DNA from: Candidatus Hermodarchaeota archaeon
Lineage (GTDB): Archaea; Asgardarchaeota; Lokiarchaeia; Sigyniarchaeales; SOKP01
NCBI GenBank assembly: GCA_048885925.1
Contig: JBHLLG010000012.1
Location: forward strand, 1 to 64,000
Direction of reading: 5' to 3'
DNA length: 64,000 bases
How positions within the stretch are numbered: position 1 is the stretch's first letter; each line of letters begins with the position of its first letter. A program made the translations under genes and the position numbers. Positions 1 through 9,946 of the stretch are shown here, in pieces. A model generated the notes under the pieces. That model searched no databases, was not told the origin of the DNA, and saw nothing but the letters and a program-made list of their open reading frames with translations.

Positions 1-1
1 T

Positions 2-1003
2 TCATGATTCATAGATAAGTTCAATGAATTCCTCTTCATCATCTACTTTTTCTAAATTCTTAATTTTAACAATAGGTATTTTTTCTTTTTTAATTTCATC
101 GGGAATTCTTATATCATTATTAACAATAAATAGTGAAGTTTTCTGGAATAAATTTGTGAAACTTCTTAAGCATTTAAAACTTATTTCATTAATTTTAGTT
201 TGTTGTTCTGAAATACCAGAAAATAGAGGAAAAAATCCTTCTGATTCTTTTTTTTCAGAAATGGAATATAAAGACAATTTGAATGGTATTGAGCCCTTTT
301 TATACCAATAAGACCCAAGACCTATATCTGTTATGATTTCTTGAACATGAGCCTCGAAATCAGTTAATTCTGTTTCTTCAAGCATTTCTTTATCATCTAT
401 ATTAAGTTTAATTGGCCATCCAAAAATATCTATTCTTTTAAAAATTTCATTGTTTTTTAAGATGGTTAATAATTTTTCAGCGATTGGTTCAGAAGGGCGC
501 ATATTTTCATTTTCATAAGCGCATAATGTTCTTTTTGTGACACCCAATTGTTCTGATAATTCTTTTCTGGTTAATAAATGATCCTCTCTTAACTTTTTCA
601 TTAATTCTCCATTAATAAAAATTACACCACCACCCCTACGTGCTAAGATATAGGGATATTTACCGTTAATGATATTTTCAAATGTATTTAATGTAATAAA
701 TGGTAAATCTTCCCTAACATAAATTGTATGATCGTCCAATTTTTGATATCTATTCTTAATTCCAATTAATATAGGTTTTGATTTGAGAATCATAGATAGA
801 GATTTTATGTCGCGAGTAATATCAGAATTTATATTATCGATATTAGGAACAATTTTAATGCTAAAGATCAATTCATCCTTTTTAACTAAGAGATCAAAAC
901 AGAACTTGTTTTTCTTTAATGCAAAATTTCCTAATACTAAAGTTTCATAATTTGCATTCTTTAATACATGATTAATTCTCTCAAGTATCTTTTCAATCAT
1001 CAA
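2..1003 (-). CDS. Archaeal HTH transcriptional regulator (COG1395-like; restriction-endonuclease-like N-domain plus XRE HTH)
   Basis: 333 aa; FDLLVKK/SIKIVPNIDNI N-domain, ARRGGG motif, XRE HTH (LTRKELSEQLGVTKRTLCAYENE). Confidence 0.75.
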   Translation of the reverse strand: MMIEKILERINHVLKNANYETLVLGNFALKKNKFCFDLLVKKDELIFSIKIVPNIDNINSDITRDIKSLSMILKSKPILIGIKNRYQKLDDHTIYVREDLPFITLNTFENIINGKYPYILARRGGGVIFINGELMKKLREDHLLTRKELSEQLGVTKRTLCAYENENMRPSEPIAEKLLTILKNNEIFKRIDIFGWPIKLNIDDKEMLEETELTDFEAHVQEIITDIGLGSYWYKKGSIPFKLSLYSISEKKESEGFFPLFSGISEQQTKINEISFKCLRSFTNLFQKTSLFIVNNDIRIPDEIKKEKIPIVKIKNLEKVDDEEEFIELIYES

Positions 1004-1113
1004 ACTAATCTTAAAAAAATGATATCTTATAAAAAAATTATTTTTTTTCTTAAATTATAATAATAATTCTAAATATATGATTTTTCCTCGAAAATTGATT
1101 TTTTTATATGAAT

Positions 1114-1683
1114 TTATTTTTTACTAGGTATTTTAAGAAGATCAGAATCAGTAATGATTCCAATATACTCATTATTATCTCTTACTAAAACGGCGGGATA
1201 CTTCAAGAGTAAATCAGATATATCCTTAACACTCCAATTTTTATCAATTTCTGGAAAAGGAAGTTCTTTAACAAGGGATACGTCCATATTAATTATTTCT
1301 GGATTATCTGTTATATATTTCTGAATTTTTTTGGAGGTAATGCTTCCTAAATTCTGATTATTTTCTATTATTGGTAATTGTGAAATTTCATGGGTATTTA
1401 ACAGAGTAACTGCTTCTCTTATAGTAGAGCTAGATTTAATCGAGATGATATTCTTTACCATAATGTCTTCGGCATGTCTTTTTGATTTTACACGAACCTT
1501 ACGTTCATTTTCTAAATATTCATAAATTTTTTTTAATTTAGAATAAGGAGGATCTATAGTTCCATTTTCAATTCTAGAAATTGTTGATTGGCGGATATCT
1601 AATATTTTTCCAAGTTCTTGTTGGCTAATATTCAGTTTTTTGCGTAACCGCTTTATATCATTTAAACTGGGTAAAATTTCCAT
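1114..1683 (-). CDS. XRE-HTH plus tandem CBS domain regulator (COG3620-like)
   Basis: ISQQELGKILDIRQSTISRIENGTIDP HTH followed by CBS pair (AEDIM, ISQLPII, IGIITDSDLLK). Confidence 0.85.
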   Translation of the reverse strand: MEILPSLNDIKRLRKKLNISQQELGKILDIRQSTISRIENGTIDPPYSKLKKIYEYLENERKVRVKSKRHAEDIMVKNIISIKSSSTIREAVTLLNTHEISQLPIIENNQNLGSITSKKIQKYITDNPEIINMDVSLVKELPFPEIDKNWSVKDISDLLLKYPAVLVRDNNEYIGIITDSDLLKIPSKK

Positions 1684-1871
1684 TTTTGAAGAAGATTTTT
1701 TTATGCAATATATGCATAATTATTATACAAAATATTTTTTAAGTTTACTTATTTTAATTACGAAAAATGCTTTTAATTCCATTTTTCAATTAATAAGGAT
1801 TTTAACTAATAAAAAATTTAAAAATATATTTAAAACAAGGATTTATATAAATAAGAAGTTGGTTAAATGAA

Positions 1872-3116
1872 ATGTTAAAAGTGTCCTTAGCAGATTTTAA
1901 ACCAATAGAAAAAAGTGATTTCCCGGAACTCTGTGAACGGAAAGGAATTGGGCATCCCGATACAGTTTGTGATGCCGTTGCTGATGCTTGCTCTAGAGCT
2001 CTATGCAATTATTATCTTGAGAAATTCGATCGCGTATATCACCATAATGTTGACAAGGCGGCTCTCGTTGGAGGTACTGCTAGACCTGAATATGGTGGAG
2101 GTCAGATTATCCAACCACAATACTTTTTAATTGTAGGAAGGGCAATAAATCAAATTCTTAAAGAATGTGGAGATGGTGAACATAAACTTGAATATATTCC
2201 TATCCCAACTATTTGTATAGAAACTCAGCGGAAAGTTCTTTCCGATATTTTCAGAAATCTTGATTTGAATAGAGACATCCAGTTTGATTACGCTGTGAGA
2301 CCAGGATCAATAGATTTAACAGGAGTTTTTGATGAATCTCATCATACTGAAGAAGTTCCTCTCGCAAATGATACTAGTTTTGGAGTTGGATATGCTCCAT
2401 ATTCAGACGTGGAAAAAATAGCGTTAGAAGCAGAAAGACTAATTAATTCAGATAAATTCAAGGAAAAATGTAAAGCTTCAGGAGAAGATGTAAAAGTAAT
2501 GGTTGAGAGAACTGAAAATGATGTTGGTATTACTATTGCCGCAGCAATGATCAGTAAATATATAAAAAATGCAGACGAATATGTCAATTATACTAATCAA
2601 ATTAAAGAAGCGGTTTTAGATTTAGCTTCTGAAATTATCCCAGAACGTAATGTATCCTGTCAAGTAAATGTAGCAGATAATATAAAAAAAGGAATACTGT
2701 ATTTAACGATAACAGGCACTTCTGCTGAAGCGGGTGATGATGGAGAGGTTGGTCGAGGTAATAGGTCAAATGGGCTTATTACTCCTTGTAGAACTATGAG
2801 CTTAGAAGCGGTTTGTGGAAAAAATCCAATAAATCATGTAGGAAAATTGTATAATGTGTTAAGTTCAGAAATAGCGAGGGAAATTATTACACGAGGTCAA
2901 GGTGATATAGTAGAAGCACATGTTAAATTATTATCTCAAATTGGTAGACCCATAACTGATCCATGGGTAAATTCTATAGAATTGATTCCCGCTGATAATG
3001 TAAGTTTCGATTCAATAAGAAAAATAGCAGAAGAAGTATCAAACGAGAAACTTAGTAAGGAAAGTTTTTTAGATTTAAGAAAGAGGCTTATAGCTGGAGA
3101 AGTTCAGGTATTTTAA
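1872..3116 (+). CDS. mat: Archaeal S-adenosylmethionine synthetase
   Basis: [53 protein letters not shown] motifs. Confidence 0.96.
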   Translation: MLKVSLADFKPIEKSDFPELCERKGIGHPDTVCDAVADACSRALCNYYLEKFDRVYHHNVDKAALVGGTARPEYGGGQIIQPQYFLIVGRAINQILKECGDGEHKLEYIPIPTICIETQRKVLSDIFRNLDLNRDIQFDYAVRPGSIDLTGVFDESHHTEEVPLANDTSFGVGYAPYSDVEKIALEAERLINSDKFKEKCKASGEDVKVMVERTENDVGITIAAAMISKYIKNADEYVNYTNQIKEAVLDLASEIIPERNVSCQVNVADNIKKGILYLTITGTSAEAGDDGEVGRGNRSNGLITPCRTMSLEAVCGKNPINHVGKLYNVLSSEIAREIITRGQGDIVEAHVKLLSQIGRPITDPWVNSIELIPADNVSFDSIRKIAEEVSNEKLSKESFLDLRKRLIAGEVQVF

Positions 3117-3254
3117 AAAATTATCATTGATAAACAAATTTTTATTTTTTTCTCTTTTTTTAATAAATAGGTTTAATTTATAAGCTGCAATTATTTAAAT
3201 GTATGCTTTAAGTCTTTTTTATTTTCAAATAAAAAATTTCCAAAGTGAGTTTGA

Positions 3255-3521
3255 ATGGGCTTAGATAAATGGCTTAAACCAGAAGAAGAGGTAAATAGAA
3301 CAAAGAAGGTAAAAGATTCGCCCGTAAAAGCTAAAAAAAGAAAAATTGACAATTCTCAAAAAGGTTTAAAGGAAAAAAAATCAATTAAATTAACAAAGTA
3401 TACTCTTATTTGCCCAAGTGTTAAATGTAAATATCAAAAAATAATTATGAAAAAACTGCTCACTGATAATGATATAACTTGTCCAAGATGTAATAAAAAA
3501 ATGAAAATTAAGGAAATATAA
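3255..3521 (+). CDS. Small basic zinc-ribbon protein
   Basis: 88 aa, CPSVKC...CPRC; GTGAG upstream of the ATG. Confidence 0.65.
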   Translation: MGLDKWLKPEEEVNRTKKVKDSPVKAKKRKIDNSQKGLKEKKSIKLTKYTLICPSVKCKYQKIIMKKLLTDNDITCPRCNKKMKIKEI

Positions 3522-3774
3522 AACTACTTTTAGTGCCAAAAGCTTTGTCAATATTAGAATTTATAGGGGGAAGGTTTTTTAAATCAAAAATAGATTCGCA
3601 ATTAGGGCACGTATTAGGCTTTTTGCTGTATTTTAAGATAAAGTAAATAATAAATCCCAATCCGAGAGTTAGGATGACCATAAAGCAGAGTACCTCATGA
3701 TAAACATGATCGAAGTTTTTCCGGCGTAATACGACTTCCTGTTCGCAGGTAGGACAATATACTCTATAACCCAT
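3508..3774 (-). CDS. LITAF-like zinc-ribbon membrane protein
   Basis: CPTC - hydrophobic stretch (VLCFMVILTLGLGFIIYFIL) - CPNC architecture. Confidence 0.65.
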   Translation of the reverse strand: MGYRVYCPTCEQEVVLRRKNFDHVYHEVLCFMVILTLGLGFIIYFILKYSKKPNTCPNCESIFDLKNLPPINSNIDKAFGTKSSFIFP

Positions 3775-4046
3775 TTTTTATCTTTCCCGAATGTTCTCTT
3801 AATATTTGAAATTAATATTTTGAACTATAATTATTTTTTGTTTAATATAAATTTATTTTCATGTGGTTTATTTTTTTAATAAGTCTATGAAAAGATTTAT
3901 TATTTTCCTCAGGTTTTTGATTAAAATCTACAAGATTATCGATTTTTGTGCATTTTAATAATTAAATTATTTAATAAGGCAATATTATTAACCTGAATTG
4001 GTTAAAATTCACTTTTTAGAAAATATTAAAATAAAATATGTCGAAT

Positions 4047-4202
4047 TTATTTGAATCCTCGAAATGTTGGTTTATTTTCAGACTGTTTCTTTTTTACTTT
4101 TTCATTAGATAAGATGTTCCATGTATTATTTAAGCCCATTTCATTAAGTTTTTTACGTTCCTCATCCAAAGATTCCTTTTTTTCATTTTCTTCTTCACTC
4201 AT
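4047..4202 (-). CDS. Small charged hypothetical protein (51 aa), absent from the ORF track
   Basis: Manual translation MSEEENEKKESLDEERKKLNEMGLNNTWNILSNEKVKKKQSENKPTFRGFK*; AGGT 7 nt before the ATG. Confidence 0.5.
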   Translation of the reverse strand: MSEEENEKKESLDEERKKLNEMGLNNTWNILSNEKVKKKQSENKPTFRGFK

Positions 4203-4417
4203 AAAGTAAACCTATAAAACTTTAATCTTAAATAACTAGTAGACTTTAAGTTAATATATTTTACTTAATTCAAAATTAATAAGAATTAAGAACGACTAAA
4301 TCAACTCAAAAAAAAATTAAAAAAGATATTCTCAAAAGAAATTTAAATCTTTAATTTTATAATTAATTTAAAAAAATTCTTTTTATAAAGTAGAATAATA
4401 TAAATTAGTGTATTTAA

Positions 4418-5401
4418 ATGATTAATTGTGCTCATTGTGGGGAAGAAATTAGTGGTGATCCATTCTATTGTAGTGAATGTGGACAAAATTATTGTATATT
4501 GCATAAAGAACCAATTAACCATGAGTGTAATATTATAAAAGAAAGTTTGAGCCCTCAACAACAGTCAATAGCAACTTATACCGAACCTCCTCAAATTTTA
4601 GATATTTCACAAGAACAAATATACGAACAACAAACGATCCCTGGCGTAGTACGTGGAACTACGGATGGAACTTATACTTGGTACCGTCAAGAATCACAGA
4701 TTCCTCCAAATGCATTTGATCCAGATTCAGGAATTAAATTTAAAGGAATATTATTACCACATAAATCAGAGCTTTTTCATTTCATAATAGGGGTATCACT
4801 TATCTTTCTTATTGGTATTTTAACGTTCTATCCAAATTTAGTTGATACAGGATATGAGTGGGGAATTTTAATGCTGGCTGTTTTTTATGCTACAGCTTTT
4901 CTCTTTCACGAACTTGGACATAGACAAGTAGCGATACATTTTGGATTACAAACCAAATTTAGATTATTAACTTATGGAATGTTATTAACCTTATCAGGAT
5001 TGATTCTTGGTTTATATTCCTTGATTGGAGGGGGTTTAAGTTTCCCAACACTAGCACTACCAGGAGCGGTAGTTGTATTAGGTTTAAGTAAAATAGACAG
5101 AACTACTGGTTTATGTAAAGCAGCTGGACCTACTGTCAATCTTGTATACGGGTTAATTCTTTTCATAATATCTTTTATCATTCCAACTTATCCTCTAAAT
5201 AGTTTAATAGCATTAGCAGCAAATTTGAATTTCATGTTAGGTAGCTTTAATATGATTCCTATTGGTATCTTGGATGGGCAGAATATTTGGAAATGGAATA
5301 AAAAAGTATATATCGGTTTATCTCTTTCATTGGTAGTGCTTTTAATATTTACGTTTCTGCTTATATATGCCCCGGTTGATACAAATCCTTATATTGCGTA
5401 A
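4418..5401 (+). CDS. AN1 zinc finger fused to M50 (site-2) intramembrane metalloprotease
   Basis: CAHC...CSECGQNYC..H...H.C AN1 finger; HELGH, AAGP and NMIPIGILDG M50 motifs; several TM helices. Confidence 0.9.
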   Translation: MINCAHCGEEISGDPFYCSECGQNYCILHKEPINHECNIIKESLSPQQQSIATYTEPPQILDISQEQIYEQQTIPGVVRGTTDGTYTWYRQESQIPPNAFDPDSGIKFKGILLPHKSELFHFIIGVSLIFLIGILTFYPNLVDTGYEWGILMLAVFYATAFLFHELGHRQVAIHFGLQTKFRLLTYGMLLTLSGLILGLYSLIGGGLSFPTLALPGAVVVLGLSKIDRTTGLCKAAGPTVNLVYGLILFIISFIIPTYPLNSLIALAANLNFMLGSFNMIPIGILDGQNIWKWNKKVYIGLSLSLVVLLIFTFLLIYAPVDTNPYIA

Positions 5402-5582
5402 GTATGAAAAAGAAGAGGGAATCTTATGCATATTTTTTATTTATCTACTAAAAGGGAACTATTATGTTAAAATATTTAAATTGTAAAACATAAAAAGTAA
5501 AAATTATGAAGGGTGAAAATTTTTAATAATTATACTTTTGATTTTTTTAATCAATTTATTAAAATAATTTATTGCTTACGCG

Positions 5583-6530
5583 GTGAGAGAATTGACGTAT
5601 TGTGAATTTTGTGGTGATCAAATCGCTTATTTGCCATTCAATTGCAAATACTGTGGAGGAACATATTGTAAAAAGCATCGATTACCAGAAAATCATGAAT
5701 GTACTTTTGAGCAAAAACATATACCCGTTGTATCGGATACTCGCACAGATTCTAGAAGTTCATATCCAGAGACTCCATTAAAGCAACCAACATCAAGAGT
5801 ATATTTAGATCAAGGACCTAAAACATTAAAAAAATATTTAAGAAGACAAGAAAAGCAAAGAGAGAGAACTCTTAGAACTTTTAAAAAGCCATATAGAAAA
5901 GCATCTCAATATCAAGGTACAAAGACTTTATTTATTATGATTTTAATGTTTTCGATTGTTGCTTTATTTTTTTATTACAATTATACCCCAGAATATATCT
6001 ATTTGAGTTTAAATGGATTAGTTTATAAATTTATGTTTCATACTTTACTAACTAGCCTTTTTATTTACTCTGGAGATATTTTAAGTCTCTTTTTTTTGTT
6101 TATTATTTTATATTTCTTATACTTTATGGCTAGAAATATTGAAATGGGCTATGGTGCCAAGTTTTTATTTAAATTATATCTTATAGGATGCCTAGTTTCA
6201 GCCTTTTTCTATATTTTATTAAGGTTATCATTAATTGCAATCTATCCTTTAACTATTCCTGCTCCTGTTGGCTTAGCTTGGGGTGGAATATTAAGTTTGT
6301 TATCATTTTCGATTTTCCCTATAATGAATCGCCAAATTACAGCATTAATGTATTTTCTTCCTATAAGAATGAGAGGGAGATCTTTTCTGTTATTTATTGT
6401 TTTAATTAGATTAGTTCCCGCTTTATTTTATGTGTTTTATTCCCCAATACTTATATTGTTTTATCTTCCTGAACTAGGAGGAATTTTAGGAGCTTATATC
6501 GTTTATCGATATAAATTTGCAAGACTATAA
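5583..6530 (+). CDS. AN1 zinc finger fused to rhomboid-like membrane domain (catalytic residues apparently lost)
   Basis: CEFC...LPFNCKYCGGTYCKKHRLPENHEC; about 6 TM rhomboid-like core with GLAWGG and ELGG in place of GxSG and HLGG. Confidence 0.75.
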   Translation: MRELTYCEFCGDQIAYLPFNCKYCGGTYCKKHRLPENHECTFEQKHIPVVSDTRTDSRSSYPETPLKQPTSRVYLDQGPKTLKKYLRRQEKQRERTLRTFKKPYRKASQYQGTKTLFIMILMFSIVALFFYYNYTPEYIYLSLNGLVYKFMFHTLLTSLFIYSGDILSLFFLFIILYFLYFMARNIEMGYGAKFLFKLYLIGCLVSAFFYILLRLSLIAIYPLTIPAPVGLAWGGILSLLSFSIFPIMNRQITALMYFLPIRMRGRSFLLFIVLIRLVPALFYVFYSPILILFYLPELGGILGAYIVYRYKFARL

Positions 6531-6630
6531 GTTTTCTTTATTATTTAAATTCAAATTCCATAAATATTATCAAGGATTAAATTTTTATTTTTGTATCGTT
6601 TTTGGTATTAAAAGTATCTAAACCGTAATA

Positions 6631-7287
6631 ATGTCAGAAAAGAAAATTTCAAAAATAATTGAATTAAATGAAGATTTAATTGAAAATAATGATCGATTAG
6701 CTGAAGAAAATAAAAAAATACTAAAAGAGAAAGATATCAGAGCTTTTGATTTTGTAGGTGCAATTGGAGCTGGTAAAACAGCAATTATAGAAAGTATAGT
6801 AAAAAATATTTCAAGGCAATTTAGAATTTGTGTATTGAATGGAGATGTCGCTACTAGAATAGATGCTAATCGAATTGAAAAACATGGTGTAAAAACAATC
6901 CAGATTAACACCGGGCGAGAATGTGCCTTGAATTCATATCATATTTCACAAATTTTAAAAAACATGGATTTAAATGAAGTAGATATACTTTTTATAGAAA
7001 ATGTTGGGAACTTAATTTGTCCTTCTGATTTTATATTAGGTACTGAAAAAAGAATTGTAATAGTCTCTATAACAGAAGGCCCATGGGTCATTCGAAAACA
7101 TCCAATGCTATTTAAATATTCTGATATTGCTGTTATTAACAAAATAGATTTAAAAGATGTTATGGATGTCAAAGTTGAGGATATGATTAAAGACGCAAAT
7201 AATATTAATCCAAATCTTAAAATCTTTATCACTAGCGCCATAACCGGAGAAAATATCTCAAAACTTATAAATTGTATTTTGAATTAG
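6631..7287 (+). CDS. hypB: Hydrogenase nickel incorporation GTPase HypB
   Basis: GAIGAGKT, ENVGNLICP, SITEG, NKID motifs. Confidence 0.92.
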   Translation: MSEKKISKIIELNEDLIENNDRLAEENKKILKEKDIRAFDFVGAIGAGKTAIIESIVKNISRQFRICVLNGDVATRIDANRIEKHGVKTIQINTGRECALNSYHISQILKNMDLNEVDILFIENVGNLICPSDFILGTEKRIVIVSITEGPWVIRKHPMLFKYSDIAVINKIDLKDVMDVKVEDMIKDANNINPNLKIFITSAITGENISKLINCILN

Positions 7288-7348
7288 TTAAATTAAGAAT
7301 AAAAGCAAAAAAAGATAATTATAGTAATAAAGTAAAGTCTGATATATT

Positions 7349-7777
7349 ATGTCAATAAGACAGTATAATACTGAGTTAGGTTTATTAATTGATAAGATTG
7401 TTAAAGTCTATCTCGATAAAGATAAATTTTTTGTAGGTCAGTTAAAGGGAGTTTCTGAAGATTCAAATCTCATCTTGATAAATGCTAAAAATGAAAAAAA
7501 TAAATCATTCCCTAAACTGTTTATTAGAAGTTCATTTTACAATTTTGTTAGTCTTGAAGAAGAACCTTTTCCAATGAAAGCTTTGGCAGATAGAATTGCA
7601 ACTATATTTTCAAAAGGACATGTGAATTACATTGAAGACCAAAATATAATTTCTATATTAAATGGAAAGATTATTGTAGATGAAAATGAAGTAAGAGGTA
7701 CAGGCCCTTCAGCAGATCGGGTAAAAAAGATTTTTGAACAATTTAAAATGGATTTAGAAAGTCCACCAGAGGAATAA
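7349..7777 (+). CDS. Lsm/Sm-like protein with C-terminal domain (SmAP3-like)
   Basis: Sm1/Sm2 pattern (V.V.L....F.G.L.G...N L.L..A; LFIR) plus about 60-aa C-terminal domain ending GTGPSADRVKKIF. Confidence 0.8.
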   Translation: MSIRQYNTELGLLIDKIVKVYLDKDKFFVGQLKGVSEDSNLILINAKNEKNKSFPKLFIRSSFYNFVSLEEEPFPMKALADRIATIFSKGHVNYIEDQNIISILNGKIIVDENEVRGTGPSADRVKKIFEQFKMDLESPPEE

Positions 7778-7797
7778 TTTTTTTTAATTTTATATTT

Positions 7798-8301
7798 TCA
7801 TTCTGTTTCAAATATTTTAAGTAAATTTTTCAATTCTAAGTCATTGATGATATTCTTCATTATTGCTTTTCCTAAAGGTGTAACTCTAATTATACCTAAA
7901 TCCTCAAACCTTCTTAAGTAGTCATTATTGATTAAAAATTGGATATCTGTATCCCACAAATCACCAAAAATTTCTTTTAAATCATCTATCTTTATATTTT
8001 CATCGACTTCTTTACTTAATGCTATTATTAACGCTAAAATTCCATACTGAGATGGAGTAATATTGTCATCTTTGCCATCAGAAGTTAGAATGTAAAATTG
8101 CTGTTCAATAAACTTTGTTTTAATAAGCTCAAAACCTACATTTTTCAAGTTTAAATAAACATCACTCATAATCAGTTCAAAGTTAAAATCTTTACTTAAA
8201 TTTCTGAGATCTTGTTCTCTAATAGTCTTTTGAGGATTTGTTAAAATCATTTTTGTAATATTTTTAACATGTTCATTAAATTTGTTTTTTTCAATTGACA
8301 A
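7798..8301 (-). CDS. Tandem winged-helix protein, kite-like (ScpB/Nse3/MksE-like)
   Basis: 167 aa, two WH-like units (LKNVGFELI..; TPSQYGILALII...LINNDYL...RVTPLGK); last gene of the operon, after the SMC-like gene. Confidence 0.5.
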   Translation of the reverse strand: MSIEKNKFNEHVKNITKMILTNPQKTIREQDLRNLSKDFNFELIMSDVYLNLKNVGFELIKTKFIEQQFYILTSDGKDDNITPSQYGILALIIALSKEVDENIKIDDLKEIFGDLWDTDIQFLINNDYLRRFEDLGIIRVTPLGKAIMKNIINDLELKNLLKIFETE

Positions 8302-8306
8302 TAAAT

Positions 8307-9923
8307 TCAGCTCTCTTTTATAATTTTAATTTTTAAATCCTTGATTTCATTTTTTAATTCTAAATTTGCTATGATAAATATTAGATTAAATTTTGATAAA
8401 GAATCGTCTTTTTTAAAAATCGGTAAAATCTTTCTTATTGTTCTGAAAATAGAACCTGCTTTATTATATTTATTCAAGAGAGAGATATTCGAAAAGATTA
8501 TACTTTCATCTCTGATATGTAGTTTAATTGATATATAAAAGACAATAACAAAAAAAATTTTTTCAGGAGTAGTTAAATTGTTAAAATCGACTTGTTCCTT
8601 GTCATTTCTCAAAAATTTTATTTCAATAAAAAAATTTTTGACATCATTATTGACTATGATTCGAAATTGAGATTTTAAATTAATCTTTGGTAAAAATTTA
8701 TTTACTAAATAATTAATTTCAGTAAGATTTGTTTCTAATTTTTTAAATTGTTCAAAATATTTCATAATATCTATTTGTTTTGTATCTATAGTAATTTCTT
8801 TTACACAATTTTTCACTCTTTCATCAAACTCAATTAATTTTTTAATAATTAGAGAAAGATCATGAGGAATTAAAGGATTATAAATATCTTTAGGAATAGT
8901 TATATTAATTAATTCAGAATCTATTTTACGTATTTCCTCCTCTAATACTTCTGGAGGTTGCAGTAATTTTAAATCAATCACATCAAGATTCTGAAGGAAT
9001 GTGTTTTTATTGTCTTCATTAATCCCACTTTTAAGCTCTGATTGAAGCTCAATAATTTTTTTTTCATCTAAATTGATAATTTCTAAAAGTGATTCATAAT
9101 CAATTTTGTAGCTCTCGTAAGTTGGAGTTATTTCTTCTAGTTTAATTTGAGTTTTACTAATTTTTGATTTAATTTTAGATATTTCAAATTGAATTTCTTT
9201 CGCTTTAGTTTGTAAGCTTTTTATTTTTTCGGCATTTGATAGAGTACGCTCAGGTTTTATTGATGCAATTTCTTTACTTTTCTCCAATTCTTGAGAATCT
9301 CCAGACATTTCTCGAGTAATCTTATTAATTTGGCTAAAGCAGAATTTCTTTTGTTTATTTAGTTCTTGAATTTCTAAATTCAAAGTATTCAAGGTTTTTT
9401 CAAGTAGATTTATCTGTTCCTTTTGATGTAAATAATCTTCCTCTAAAAATTCTAACTTTTTTTTATTTAATTCTATTGATTCATTTAATTTTTTCAATAA
9501 ATCTTTACTCGCAAACACTTCACTTAATTTTTTATATTGACGTGATATCTCCAAATTTTTTAAAAGTAATTCTTTTTCTTTTGAAAGCAGGATAAATCTA
9601 AAAATCGAAAATAAGAATTTTACAAGTCCATTGAATTGAGAGGATAATTGAATATTGTTAGAAACAATATTTCGGTATTCATGGATAAGATCTAATATTT
9701 TTAGCGATTTTGCCAAATGAAGAAACCCATCTGATTCTTTTACTAAGAGCTCTATGAATTTTTCAATAGGTATAATATTGAGATCTTTAGAAATTTCATA
9801 AAATAATTGATTTTTATATATATTTAATAAGGCTTTTTTTATTTTTCCATTAATTAATGTAAATCGATCTTGAATTGAAATAATATCTGAACCGATAGAT
9901 ATTTTTAAACTGTTGTTTGAAAT
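8307..9923 (-). CDS. Long coiled-coil protein with degenerate SMC/ABC-ATPase-like C-terminal head
   Basis: Track start is TTG at 9716, but the frame is open to 9935 and ATT at 9923 follows AAGGGA; heptad-rich middle; LTTPEK plus hydrophobic helix and final FNLIFII strand echo the SMC LSGGEK...QFIVIT pattern. Confidence 0.55.
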   Translation of the reverse strand: MSNNSLKISIGSDIISIQDRFTLINGKIKKALLNIYKNQLFYEISKDLNIIPIEKFIELLVKESDGFLHLAKSLKILDLIHEYRNIVSNNIQLSSQFNGLVKFLFSIFRFILLSKEKELLLKNLEISRQYKKLSEVFASKDLLKKLNESIELNKKKLEFLEEDYLHQKEQINLLEKTLNTLNLEIQELNKQKKFCFSQINKITREMSGDSQELEKSKEIASIKPERTLSNAEKIKSLQTKAKEIQFEISKIKSKISKTQIKLEEITPTYESYKIDYESLLEIINLDEKKIIELQSELKSGINEDNKNTFLQNLDVIDLKLLQPPEVLEEEIRKIDSELINITIPKDIYNPLIPHDLSLIIKKLIEFDERVKNCVKEITIDTKQIDIMKYFEQFKKLETNLTEINYLVNKFLPKINLKSQFRIIVNNDVKNFFIEIKFLRNDKEQVDFNNLTTPEKIFFVIVFYISIKLHIRDESIIFSNISLLNKYNKAGSIFRTIRKILPIFKKDDSLSKFNLIFIIANLELKNEIKDLKIKIIKES

Positions 9924-9946
9924 AGTTAATCCCTTTTACTTCTTAT

